Positions 7,890-15,790 of a DNA stretch of 38,866 bases are shown one piece after another. The first letter of the stretch is position 1; each line of letters starts with the position of its first letter. Source of the stretch: a virus; the IMG/VR virus record IMGVR_UViG_3300010411_000004, positions 1-38,866 of that record. The stretch is one strand, 5' to 3'. The notes under the pieces are model-generated. The model was not told the origin of the DNA and ran no database searches. It worked only from the letters and a program-made list of their open reading frames with translations. Made by a program: the position numbers and the translations under genes.

Positions 7890-8213
7890 TTAGGCTGTAG
7901 GCTTGAGGGTGGAGTTTTTGCCACAAAAAACACGATAGGACACGAAAAGAAGCAGTCCGGCGGTGAAGGGGTCAATGACGGCCCACAGCTCCCGGTCGAG
8001 GTGGATGGGAAGCAGTGGGTTGAACAGGACGGACGTTCCGATTAGAACGGAACGTATCCAGCGCGGCTGAAAGTTCCAATCTTTGGAAAACAGCAGCCAG
8101 AGGGCGCAGGCGGTGACGGCGATGCGCAGCAACTGGTAATAGCCGTAGGGCATGGGTGCCCAGGCCAGCAGAAGCGCGGCGGCTGTGGCGATGGATGGAA
8201 GATGTTTTTTCAC
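7890..8213 (-). CDS. Small polytopic membrane protein
   Basis: The GTG start overlaps the upstream stop (GTGA). It has 3-4 hydrophobic helices and the motif PYGYYQLLRIAV. It is co-oriented with the integrase. Confidence 0.65.
   Translation of the reverse strand: MKKHLPSIATAAALLLAWAPMPYGYYQLLRIAVTACALWLLFSKDWNFQPRWIRSVLIGTSVLFNPLLPIHLDRELWAVIDPFTAGLLLFVSYRVFCGKNSTLKPTA
8074..8088. repeat. TTCCAA-TCT-TTGGAA palindrome, perfect copy
   Basis: Read directly. It lies inside the minus-strand CDS 7890..8213. Confidence 0.9.
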
Positions 8214-8602
8214 GGACGGATTCCGATTCGTTTGAGAATTGCCGGAATAAAGGCGATGAAGCCGACGGTGAGAGACAAGATCATTGCAAGTGCGATTGGA
8301 GCGCCAGCGCAGGCGGCCGACTTGCGGCAGCTGTTAAACCACGGAATGATCAGGATGGCCGGAATGATGAAAAATCCGGGACTGATCGCAAAGGCCGCAG
8401 CAGTTGAAAGCAGTCCGATCTGCCCGAAAATTGATGCGTTGTCTGAATGATAAACACCAGGATCTTCAAATTGCATAAGTTTCTCTATAGGTGATTTTGC
8501 TTCAGGTTTTTTACGATATTTTTCTGGAACAGGTTTCCCGCGGCAGTCTTCGCATTGAGTTCCGAAAAGGATCAGGCATCCGCAATTTTTGCAGTACAAC
8601 AT
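8210..8602 (-). CDS. Zinc-ribbon protein with two C-terminal TM helices
   Basis: ATG at 8602 lies 8 nt after AGGAG on the minus strand. The N-terminus is MLYCKNCGCLILFGTQCEDCRG (CxxC...CxxC), followed by hydrophobic helices. Confidence 0.65.
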   Translation of the reverse strand: MLYCKNCGCLILFGTQCEDCRGKPVPEKYRKKPEAKSPIEKLMQFEDPGVYHSDNASIFGQIGLLSTAAAFAISPGFFIIPAILIIPWFNSCRKSAACAGAPIALAMILSLTVGFIAFIPAILKRIGIRP

Positions 8603-8616
8603 CAGAACGGCTCCTG

Positions 8617-8817
8617 TTATTTCCAAAGTTTGGATAGTTTGCCGCCCGGTGTAATTTGCAAGACGAGCCTTCTGTAGTTGTTACAGCATGGATAGTTAAG
8701 TCCTTTTTGATAGTCCAGAACTTGCATCGTGGCCGTAGCTCCGCAATTTACGCAAGGAGTGGTTCGGGTTGGTTCGCTTGCGCCGCACTTTTTAAACATT
8801 CGAATTATCCAGTTCAC
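8617..8817 (-). CDS. Small Cys-rich (zinc-ribbon-like) protein, first gene of the leftward operon
   Basis: The ORF contains CVNCG...CC. The start is uncertain (GTG 8817 or ATG 8799) and no strong RBS is present. Confidence 0.4.
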   Translation of the reverse strand: MNWIIRMFKKCGASEPTRTTPCVNCGATATMQVLDYQKGLNYPCCNNYRRLVLQITPGGKLSKLWK

Positions 8818-8876
8818 GCGGGCAGAATAACAGACGGTAAAAAAAATGAAAATACATGTTGCGTTGTTTTAACAAG

Positions 8877-8889
8877 GGTGTTAAACACC
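8877..8889. promoter_or_regulatory. Operator-like palindrome GGTGTT-A-AACACC, copy 1
   Basis: Read directly. It lies 18 nt upstream of the first RHH gene, in the divergent intergenic region. Confidence 0.6.
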
Positions 8890-8906
8890 TATTCGAAGGT
8901 AAAGAT

Positions 8907-9083
8907 ATGAGTAACAAGCGGGCAGATAATAAACGAATGCTGGGTGCGTGGATTGATGGTGATTTGAAGCGCCAACTTCGTGCTTTGGCCAAAGAAAAAG
9001 GCGTGTCTATGTCCGAGCTTGCTACTCAAATAATCGAAGAGCAATTAGCGATTCGGAAGGGTAAAAATCATGAAGAAAAATAA
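8907..9083 (+). CDS. Ribbon-helix-helix (CopG/Arc/Mnt-like) DNA-binding protein
   Basis: The 58-aa product contains KRMLGAWIDGDLKRQLRALAKEKGVSMSELATQIIEEQL, a beta-strand followed by two helices as in RHH proteins. Confidence 0.8.
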   Translation: MSNKRADNKRMLGAWIDGDLKRQLRALAKEKGVSMSELATQIIEEQLAIRKGKNHEEK

Positions 9084-9237
9084 GAGATTTCTCGGCGTTA
9101 GAGTCGATGAGAAGCTCTACCAACAAGTCGCAGCCGAGGCTGAGTTGGAAGATCGTTCAATTAATTATGTGGTTGAGCGTTTTTTAAGAGAGGGTGTTAA
9201 ACACCTTGATCCGAAGCGCGATCTACAACCTGCATAA
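9070..9237 (+). CDS. Second ribbon-helix-helix DNA-binding protein
   Basis: The 55-aa ORF is below the ORF-track cutoff. It contains KRFLGVRVDEKLYQQVAAEAELEDRSINYVVERFLREG and overlaps the previous gene by 14 nt. Confidence 0.75.
   Translation: MKKNKRFLGVRVDEKLYQQVAAEAELEDRSINYVVERFLREGVKHLDPKRDLQPA
9193..9205. promoter_or_regulatory. Operator-like palindrome GGTGTT-A-AACACC, copy 2
   Basis: Read directly. It lies inside the 3' end of the second RHH gene. Confidence 0.55.
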
Positions 9238-9251
9238 ATTTTTTTGATATT

Positions 9252-9266
9252 GGGTGTTAAACACCC
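9252..9266. promoter_or_regulatory. Operator-like palindrome GGGTGTT-A-AACACCC, copy 3 (7-bp arms)
   Basis: Read directly. It lies 12 nt upstream of the ATG at 9278 and 60 bp from copy 2. Confidence 0.6.
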
Positions 9267-9277
9267 GAAAGGAATCC

Positions 9278-9445
9278 ATGAGCACGATAGACCGGATGGA
9301 GATTATTGCGGAGATCGAGACGGCGGCGGAAAGCCTCGGGATGGAAAACATGACCGTGTTGGGCCGGTTGGATGATCTGGAAGATAACGATCTGGTGCGC
9401 TTGCAGTTTGCGCTGAATGAACTGGTCGAGATTTCGGAAGACTGA
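9278..9445 (+). CDS. Hypothetical acidic small protein
   Basis: ATG 9278 follows GAAAGGA. The 55-aa product has helical, acidic composition. Confidence 0.55.
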   Translation: MSTIDRMEIIAEIETAAESLGMENMTVLGRLDDLEDNDLVRLQFALNELVEISED

Positions 9446-9447
9446 AA

Positions 9448-9696
9448 ATGGAAAAAAAACCAACAGCGGGCACCAAAGCGAAGCGCAAGGCAGGCGGAAA
9501 CCGTCGGCGGGGTGCGCGGGTGTTTTCGGGGCCGGTGGTGGTTGCCGGGGTGGTTTCTGAGCGTCCGGCGTTTCGAGGGCCAGATGTGGGCGAGATGATT
9601 TTTAGCTGGTTCTACCGCGAAGCGGATGCGGCCGATCCGGCGGCGCAGATGGCTTACTGCAAGGGTCAAATGGCGGGGGTCGAGTGTCGGGCGTGA
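9448..9696 (+). CDS. Hypothetical protein with a basic N-terminus
   Basis: 82-aa ORF that abuts the previous stop. Confidence 0.5.
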   Translation: MEKKPTAGTKAKRKAGGNRRRGARVFSGPVVVAGVVSERPAFRGPDVGEMIFSWFYREADAADPAAQMAYCKGQMAGVECRA

Positions 9697-9851
9697 ATTA
9701 CAGCAAGAGTCCGGCTCCGGCGGGGGCTTGCCCGGTGTGCTGGCACCGTTACGGAAAGATGATCAGCGATTTGAACTGCGATCTCCACACGGATGATGAG
9801 CGGCTGTTTATCAGGGAGAAGGAAAAAGAAGGCTTTGGGCCACAGGCTTGA
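9693..9851 (+). CDS. Hypothetical small Cys/His protein
   Basis: The GTG start overlaps the previous stop (GTGA). The 52-aa product contains CPVCWH...C..H. Confidence 0.35.
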   Translation: MNYSKSPAPAGACPVCWHRYGKMISDLNCDLHTDDERLFIREKEKEGFGPQA

Positions 9852-9894
9852 GGCTTGAGTTGAAACAAGAAACCAAAAACAGGGAGAAAAAACC

Positions 9895-10353
9895 ATGTGC
9901 AAGGTGACGATTCATGAAGTGAAGAAGGCGAAGACTCCAGTAAAAAGCCCTCCGGGCGTGAAGCCGTGGACGCTGTTCATTATGGAGTGCGTAATTTCGG
10001 TCGATTCCAATACCAAGACCGACGTTCGGACGGTGAAGACGTTCGAGCAGGATATTTATCAGCAGATCCACACGATGCAGGCGGGAACCACGCTGACATT
10101 TGAGGCGGAGAAGAAGCCGGACGGGTCGGTATTCGAGTACACGATTAAGAGCCAGAAGGCGTCCGGCTATCGCACCCAGCATGGACGGGGCGGGACGGAG
10201 CCGTTCGGCCCGACGAATCGGCAGTGCTGCCTGAAGGTGGCGGTGGATCTGGAGCGGGCACGTTCCGGAGAGTCCGGAGAGATTCCGACTACTCTAAAAA
10301 TTCTTGAAACCGCTGAGGTACTTTTGCAGTGGCTGGAAGGCGGTGCCAAATGA
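9895..10353 (+). CDS. Hypothetical protein
   Basis: 152-aa ORF with a GGGAG RBS. The N-terminal half is beta-rich. No family recognised. Confidence 0.65.
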   Translation: MCKVTIHEVKKAKTPVKSPPGVKPWTLFIMECVISVDSNTKTDVRTVKTFEQDIYQQIHTMQAGTTLTFEAEKKPDGSVFEYTIKSQKASGYRTQHGRGGTEPFGPTNRQCCLKVAVDLERARSGESGEIPTTLKILETAEVLLQWLEGGAK

Positions 10354-10781
10354 GTGGGCTGTCTTTGGTGAGTCGGGTGAAGCTGACGGCAGATGGCCAG
10401 ACAGAACAGCGGATTCTGGATTATCTGAATGAGAATGCTTCCGCCGTATTGGCTGAGAAGATCAACGCGGGCAAGAAGACGCTGGCTGGTGCGGTGAAGT
10501 ATGCGACGGATGAGGCGCGTAAGCTGTCCAAGGGCGGCGGATGCGTTTGTGTGGATGATGCGACGGTGTTCGGTTGGATCGTTCATTTCTTCGAAGAGGA
10601 TGAGATTCAGGAGCCGAAAAAACAGACTCGCGGCACTGTCCGTACTCCCGGAGGAGTGAAAGCCAGAGGTCAGAAGAAAGAAAAGGCGGAGAAGCCTGCG
10701 AAACCGGCAGCGCCGGAGAAACCCAAAGGCCCGATTTTTATGGAGCTGTTTTCAGCTGAGGAGATGGGGGTTAAATCGTGA
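10350..10781 (+). CDS. PcfK-like protein (the family that includes anti-CRISPR AcrIIA9)
   Basis: ATGA overlap start. ILDYLNENASAVLAEKI...KKTLAGAVKYATDEARKL...CVCVDDATVFGWIVHFFEEDEI matches my memory of the PcfK-like pattern, followed by a Lys/Pro-rich tail. Confidence 0.75.
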   Translation: MSGLSLVSRVKLTADGQTEQRILDYLNENASAVLAEKINAGKKTLAGAVKYATDEARKLSKGGGCVCVDDATVFGWIVHFFEEDEIQEPKKQTRGTVRTPGGVKARGQKKEKAEKPAKPAAPEKPKGPIFMELFSAEEMGVKS

Positions 10782-12094
10782 GCCGCTTTGCATCTCCTGA
10801 ATATGCGCCGCTTTCTACTGCGGCGGTGAAAAGGATTCTGGCGTTTGATGCGTCGCAGGGTTTCGGCCCGGGTGGAGAGCAGCCGAACCGCAACCGGTTT
10901 TACCACTATCTGACGCAGAGCGGGTCTGATGTGCAGCTCCGGACGGTGGCGGTGAAGGCGCGCAAACGTAATGAGGTTCCGCTGGTGAAAGAGGTTGTAC
11001 GCTCCAGCGTGGATGATCCGTGGATTCATGTGCATGACGTGGCCTGCATGTCGATTTCCGGTTATGTGCCGGACTGGTCGCCGGAGGGGCTGGGGATGAA
11101 GCCGTATTGGAGTTATGGCCGCCGATGGGAAAAAGATGCGTATGCTCCGCGCTGCCGCTGGAAGATCAATGCGCCGGTGGTGAATCCTGAATTATTGAAG
11201 CGGACGCGCCGCTTCCGTTGGTCAGCATGGGAGTCTGCGAACGGCCACTTGCTGGATTACCTGAAAGTTTATCGGGTGCATCCGGAAATTGAGTTTCTGT
11301 CGAAAAGCGGATTGGGCTTTTTCTGCACGAAGGTTTCGCTGGTGAAGCGGTTGAAAAAGGATAAGGCGTTCCGCCAGTTTTTTAGCCGGAATCTTGAAGC
11401 GATCCGCGACGGACGTTTTGGTCTGGATGTGATTCAGCGGGCATACAAACAGGGTGTTTCGCTGGATGACGCCTGGCGCGAGATCAATGCTCACAGGGAG
11501 TTCCGCGACTACAGGCTTCCGCGCGAAGTTTGTGCGGTGAAGGCGCTGAAATACATCACCAGACGGAAAATTCCAAAGTTCTCTTATGGCGACTATATGC
11601 GGGACTGCGTGAAGGCGGGACTCGATCTTTCTGACACGAAGGTTTGTTTCCCGCGCAATTATGCGGCTCGCATTGCGGAGGTGCATGAAATGGCCGAGCT
11701 GGTGCGGCGGCGGGAGAATGCAGAACAGCTGGCCGAGATGAACAGGACGCTGGAAGCGATTGCCGAAAAGTGGATTCGTCTGGCGGGCAAACGCGGGGCT
11801 TATCAGGTTGTGGTTCCTCACTCTGATCTTGAGTTTATCGCCGAGGGCAAGGCGATGGGCAACTGCCTGTCGCAGTATGCCGCCAAGGTTGCGCGCGGGG
11901 AGTGCGTGGTGGTGTTTGTCCGGCAGAAGATCAACCCGGACGCGGCGTTTGTGGCGGCGGCCTATGATCCGAAGCGGAAACTCGTGACGCAGTGCTACGG
12001 CGTGAAGAACAGCAAGCCACCGAAGCGGGCAATGGAGTTTGTGCAGACGGTTTTTAATGGAAGCGCAACGGAAAAACTGAAGGTGGCGGCATGA
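10778..12094 (+). CDS. PcfJ-like protein
   Basis: It lies immediately downstream of the PcfK-like gene with a GTGA overlap. The C-terminal LEFIAEGKAMGNCLSQYAAKVARGECVVVFVR matches the EG..M.(H/N)C...Y......G........R signature of PcfJ. Confidence 0.75.
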   Translation: MSRFASPEYAPLSTAAVKRILAFDASQGFGPGGEQPNRNRFYHYLTQSGSDVQLRTVAVKARKRNEVPLVKEVVRSSVDDPWIHVHDVACMSISGYVPDWSPEGLGMKPYWSYGRRWEKDAYAPRCRWKINAPVVNPELLKRTRRFRWSAWESANGHLLDYLKVYRVHPEIEFLSKSGLGFFCTKVSLVKRLKKDKAFRQFFSRNLEAIRDGRFGLDVIQRAYKQGVSLDDAWREINAHREFRDYRLPREVCAVKALKYITRRKIPKFSYGDYMRDCVKAGLDLSDTKVCFPRNYAARIAEVHEMAELVRRRENAEQLAEMNRTLEAIAEKWIRLAGKRGAYQVVVPHSDLEFIAEGKAMGNCLSQYAAKVARGECVVVFVRQKINPDAAFVAAAYDPKRKLVTQCYGVKNSKPPKRAMEFVQTVFNGSATEKLKVAA

Positions 12095-12354
12095 CCTTTA
12101 CAGATGATCAGGTTGTAGCCGCGCTGGATGGGGTTGTTCCTGAAAAGAAAATCCGTGAATTGCTTTCCGGGCGGATTGAAGGCGGATTCGGTCGGAGGTT
12201 TTTTCTAGTGGAGCGCACTTGGCCGGGTGGTTTTAAGAGTTATCACCTGCGGAAGCGTCCGGACGGCGGACGGGTGCGGATGGGGTACAGGAATTTTACA
12301 GAGCGGGTTGCGCAGTTGCCGGCATTAGGAGAGTTGCTGTGGAGGAAGCTATGA
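12091..12354 (+). CDS. Hypothetical protein
   Basis: 87-aa ORF, translationally coupled by an ATGA overlap. Confidence 0.6.
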   Translation: MTFTDDQVVAALDGVVPEKKIRELLSGRIEGGFGRRFFLVERTWPGGFKSYHLRKRPDGGRVRMGYRNFTERVAQLPALGELLWRKL

Positions 12355-12788
12355 AAGAGCTGATGGTCGACGAGGGGATTCAGTGTGTGGATTTGCGGAG
12401 GCTGTGCCTTGAGAGTCCGCGGGCCAAGCAGGTGCTAAAGGCAGGCTGTGAAAAATGCGCGGAACATCAGTGGATTGTGCGGATGATTAAGAATTTTGGC
12501 CAGGCCGGCTCTTTTGCCGGTGAGTGCCGCGTCGGTGCGTCGAAGGTGGGTCTAGCTGCCAGCCTTCGGCGCGCCGTCGCTTTTTTGCTTTCCGGCATGA
12601 AGCCGGGAACGGGGCGGAGCGGGGTGGTTCCTGAATCAATAGTCCCGCGCCGCTCTGGATTATTTCAGGGCGTGATTCATCGCGCCCGTACGGGGTGGCT
12701 GCGTTTGTGGCGCGGTTGCTGGGTGGTGAGCTGGGATGAGGGGATTGGCAAGACGCGGGTTTTTTGGAGTTGGGGCGCATCGGACTGA
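12351..12788 (+). CDS. Hypothetical protein with a doubtful C-terminal half
   Basis: This is the only open frame here. The first 60 aa or so look protein-like. The remainder is R/W/G-rich and coincides with many small GC hairpins. Confidence 0.4.
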   Translation: MKELMVDEGIQCVDLRRLCLESPRAKQVLKAGCEKCAEHQWIVRMIKNFGQAGSFAGECRVGASKVGLAASLRRAVAFLLSGMKPGTGRSGVVPESIVPRRSGLFQGVIHRARTGWLRLWRGCWVVSWDEGIGKTRVFWSWGASD

Positions 12789-12815
12789 TCGGACGTATCA
12801 GACAAGGAGTAAACC

Positions 12816-13127
12816 ATGACTGAACAGATGACAATGGATTACCGGAACGATGTGTGTTCCGGACGGCACGGCGGGAACGCGAACAGCGCGGCGGCCAACG
12901 CGCGGGCTGGTCTGCATAAGCATTCTGACCGGGCGCAGATTCTGGAGCTGATCCGCCAGGCTCCGGACGGGATGACGCTGAAGGAACTCTGTTCGGCGCT
13001 GAAGCGGTTGCCGAATGAGATTTCCGGCCGGTTGACCGAGTTGAAGACGGGCCGGTTTAAGAATGGGCGGATTTATATCCGGGTGAACGGAAACCGGAAC
13101 GGGTGCGGGGTGCATTACGCGGTTTGA
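12816..13127 (+). CDS. Winged-helix-like DNA-binding protein
   Basis: RBS AAGGAG. ILELIRQAPDGMTLKELCSALKRLPNEISGRLTELKTGRF resembles a wHTH recognition unit. Confidence 0.65.
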   Translation: MTEQMTMDYRNDVCSGRHGGNANSAAANARAGLHKHSDRAQILELIRQAPDGMTLKELCSALKRLPNEISGRLTELKTGRFKNGRIYIRVNGNRNGCGVHYAV

Positions 13128-13182
13128 GATTTATTCACCGCGAAGGAACGCAGAGAACGCAAAAAACAAAAGGAGGAATGGG

Positions 13183-13575
13183 ATGAGAAAGCTACAGGGT
13201 CACAAAGTGAATCCGGCGAATGATCGGCTGGAAATTGAAGTGATGGATGCGCCAGGTGCCGGAGGTGCAAATCATGTTTATCGAGTAACCGGATTTGATG
13301 CTCCAGCCCCAAAGCGTGAAGAAATTCCGGCGGCTGATGGATCGGCAGACATTATTTTTCAGGATGGTCCTATTCCTGAAAATGGCGTGAATGGGTTGAC
13401 GCAGGAAGTTCTGTTGGAAATCTGCGCGGATCGCCTTCGCTCGTTTCAGGCCGGGCCGTTTGCCTGCCGTGAAAATGCGCTGGCACTGACGAAGATCGAA
13501 GAGGCGCAGATGTGGCTTCAGAAGCGTACGCGTGACCGCATGGCTCGTAACGTCGAAGGCACTCACAAGCTGTAA
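13183..13575 (+). CDS. Conserved phage protein of unknown function
   Basis: RBS AAAGGAGG. The motifs GAGGANHVYRV and NGLTQEVLLEICADRLRSFQAGPFACRENALALTKIEEAQMWL...RNVEGTHK recur in many phage hypothetical proteins, from memory. Confidence 0.8.
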   Translation: MRKLQGHKVNPANDRLEIEVMDAPGAGGANHVYRVTGFDAPAPKREEIPAADGSADIIFQDGPIPENGVNGLTQEVLLEICADRLRSFQAGPFACRENALALTKIEEAQMWLQKRTRDRMARNVEGTHKL

Positions 13576-13581
13576 TCAATT

Positions 13582-13627
13582 TTCTAACCCTTGGAAATTT
13601 CCAGACGGATTTTTCCAAGGGTTGGAA
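13582..13627. promoter_or_regulatory. Intergenic pair of TTCCAA-N3-TTGGAA-type palindromes forming a 12-bp inverted repeat
   Basis: TTCTAA-CCC-TTGGAA is at 13582..13596 and TTCCAA-GGG-TTGGAA is at 13613..13627. AACCCTTGGAAA (13586..13597) is the reverse complement of 13612..13623. Confidence 0.6.
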
Positions 13628-13661
13628 TGGTGCAACGATTTTAACGCGAATGGAGATTCCA

Positions 13662-14036
13662 ATGTTCAGAAGAAAAAAGCGGGCGACAGTGGATGCGGAG
13701 CAGTTGCAGGCCGTGGTGAATCTTATTCCGGAGTATGTGGACGCCCTGATTGAGGAACGCCGTACCCGGACGGCGGCGGCGAACGGGTTGGATGCGCGCG
13801 AAACGCACGGTCCAGCAGAGCGCAAACTAAAGAAGGTGGAAGCGCGTATTCATGAACTGCTTGGAAGCAAACCACGGAATACACCGAATACACGGAAAGA
13901 AGGTCTGACGTGCGCTCAGCAGCGGCGGTTTTTTCTATTTGGAACGTCTCGCCATGGCGCAAAGGCGCAGCGAGGGAATGTTGTTTTCGGGGATTGCGCC
14001 GGGCGTGACCTGATTAAGCCCGAGGTGCGGTCATGA
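13662..14036 (+). CDS. Hypothetical protein
   Basis: ATG 13662 lies 6 nt after GGAG. The N-terminal half is helical. The C-terminal half has odd composition and overlaps several palindromes. Confidence 0.45.
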   Translation: MFRRKKRATVDAEQLQAVVNLIPEYVDALIEERRTRTAAANGLDARETHGPAERKLKKVEARIHELLGSKPRNTPNTRKEGLTCAQQRRFFLFGTSRHGAKAQRGNVVFGDCAGRDLIKPEVRS

Positions 14037-14389
14037 GAGAAGACATTGATGATTTCAATTTTGTGACTTCGTTTCGCGATCTTCAGCACGATGTTCATGC
14101 GGTGGCGCAGTCGAAGGGCTGGTACGAAAAACCGGAAGCAAAAAACGACGGCGAGATGATTGCGCTGATGCACAGCGAGCTTTCAGAAGCTCTGGAAGCT
14201 CTGCGGCATGGGAATCCGCCTGACGATAAGGTTCCTGAATTTTCAGGCGTTGAGGCCGAACTGGCCGATGTGGTGATCCGGATTATGGATTACGCGCAGT
14301 TCCGGAAGTTGCGAGTGGCCGAAGCGATTGTTGCCAAACATGCGATGAATCAAACGAGGTCGCATCGGCATGGCGGGAAGCGGTTTTAA
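14033..14389 (+). CDS. MazG-like nucleoside triphosphate pyrophosphohydrolase
   Basis: MIALMHSELSEALEALRHG...GVEAELADVVIRIMDYA matches the E..E/E..D metal-binding helix pattern of the all-alpha NTP-PPase family. Confidence 0.85.
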   Translation: MREDIDDFNFVTSFRDLQHDVHAVAQSKGWYEKPEAKNDGEMIALMHSELSEALEALRHGNPPDDKVPEFSGVEAELADVVIRIMDYAQFRKLRVAEAIVAKHAMNQTRSHRHGGKRF

Positions 14390-14395
14390 CCACGG

Positions 14396-14623
14396 ATGAC
14401 ACAGATGGACGCGGATCGACCAATCATTTTTGAGGGAAATCCGGGGCTGTGTTGGCATTGCGGGTTTGGAGAGTTGGTGAGTTCAGAGTTCAGGGTTTTG
14501 GGGAAGGAGTGCGGGCAGTGGAAAGCGACAAGGCCGGTGGCGGTTCCGGATTGCCGGGTGTTTTTGGAGATGGGCGGGCATGAAGCCGAGCCCGAACAAG
14601 GGAAGGAAATAGAAAATGGCTAA
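14396..14623 (+). CDS. Hypothetical small protein
   Basis: 75-aa ORF with a weak RBS. Confidence 0.45.
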   Translation: MTQMDADRPIIFEGNPGLCWHCGFGELVSSEFRVLGKECGQWKATRPVAVPDCRVFLEMGGHEAEPEQGKEIENG

Positions 14624-15464
14624 GAAAAAAGCAGAAGTGGCAGAAGAACAGCCTGTAGAACAGCGGGCTCCGGTTTCGAGCCGGTTTGTGGATGTGCTGG
14701 TGGATGAGCGTCCGGTTCCGGTGCGGCTGAGAGATGAGCGGTTGCTGGAGATCGCGGATGAAGCGTGCCAGAAGCACCGGGCGATTGCCGATCTGAAGGC
14801 GGAGATCAAGGCGTTCGCTGATGCGCGCAAGGATCACATCAAGGGGTTGGCGCAGGAAGCGGCGGCCTTGGATGATCAATTCTATCAGAAGACGGAGATG
14901 GTGACGCTGGAAGTGCGCATCGTGAAGGATTTCGCGGTCGGCCGACTTCGCGTGGAGGTGGTGGAAACCGGCGAGGTGGTAGAAGACCGTGAGATGACCG
15001 CGAATGAGCACCAGCGGGAGTTTGCCTCCATGCTGGAGGCTGACCCGAGCGATCAGTTGTTGCAGCGGGCAGCCGATATTGTCCGGATGCAGCTGGAGCA
15101 GGAAATTGATCCAACGGAGTTTCCGGCGGTGATTGCGCAGACGCTGGGCGTTTCGCTGGCGTTCGGTGAGCGCATGGTTGAGCTGCTGAAGTGGAAGGAT
15201 GTTCTGACCGGAGAAGGAACGGAAAGCGATCCTTTCCGCATCGAGGATCCGGATCGCGGATGCGGAGCCTGTCGGCGTGAAGAGGTGTGCGGCACAGTCG
15301 AAGAGTGCCAGGAATGCCAGTATGTGACCGGATTCCCTAATTTTGAGAAGCCGGAGAAGTGCGACGGTTGCAAATTCAAGCGGCAGATGTGCGCGTTTGA
15401 GCCGTGTGCCAGTTGCGATCCGGTTGAGGATGCATCTGGGTTTGTGGCGCTGGATATGGAGTGA
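14616..15464 (+). CDS. Hypothetical protein with a C-terminal 4x CxxC zinc-finger cluster
   Basis: 282-aa ORF with a coiled-coil-like N-terminal half. The C-terminus contains CGAC, CQEC, CDGC and CASC. Confidence 0.7.
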   Translation: MAKKKAEVAEEQPVEQRAPVSSRFVDVLVDERPVPVRLRDERLLEIADEACQKHRAIADLKAEIKAFADARKDHIKGLAQEAAALDDQFYQKTEMVTLEVRIVKDFAVGRLRVEVVETGEVVEDREMTANEHQREFASMLEADPSDQLLQRAADIVRMQLEQEIDPTEFPAVIAQTLGVSLAFGERMVELLKWKDVLTGEGTESDPFRIEDPDRGCGACRREEVCGTVEECQECQYVTGFPNFEKPEKCDGCKFKRQMCAFEPCASCDPVEDASGFVALDME

Positions 15465-15531
15465 TCCGGGCGGGGCGGTGCGGCTGGCTTTGCCGGTCGC
15501 GCCGCTGCGCCGGACGGATGGGAGGTGTGAA

Positions 15532-15789
15532 ATGAAGAGCTTGGGATTGCTGGAATATCCGGATGTTGTGGTGGAGCGTTTCAATGGTGGTTCCGGAGAA
15601 GTGGTTTTGAAATTGTCAGATCGTGGAAAGAGCGTGCGCATCCGGATGAGCGTTTTCTGCGTGAAGAAGATGATGAAAACAGCGCATGAAATTGTTGGAA
15701 AACAGCGGGCATTTGCCCTGAGTGAATTGGAGATTTACGAAGATTTGCGCCAGGCGACAGGATTTAAAGAGCCTGATAGGGAGAACTGA
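15532..15789 (+). CDS. Hypothetical protein
   Basis: ATG 15532 follows the RBS GGAGGTG (15521..15527). The upstream extension in the ORF track is R/W-rich and unlikely to be real. Confidence 0.6.
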   Translation: MKSLGLLEYPDVVVERFNGGSGEVVLKLSDRGKSVRIRMSVFCVKKMMKTAHEIVGKQRAFALSELEIYEDLRQATGFKEPDREN

Positions 15790-15790
15790 A

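Noticed and set aside
12540-12790. A possible ncRNA or tRNA in the oddly composed 3' half of ORF 12351..12788, which has many short GC hairpins (for example CCGGC-ATGAA-GCCGG).
   Set aside because: I could build no cloverleaf or T-loop (GTTCRANYC) and no convincing terminator. This is the only open frame in the region, so a poorly conserved coding region cannot be excluded.
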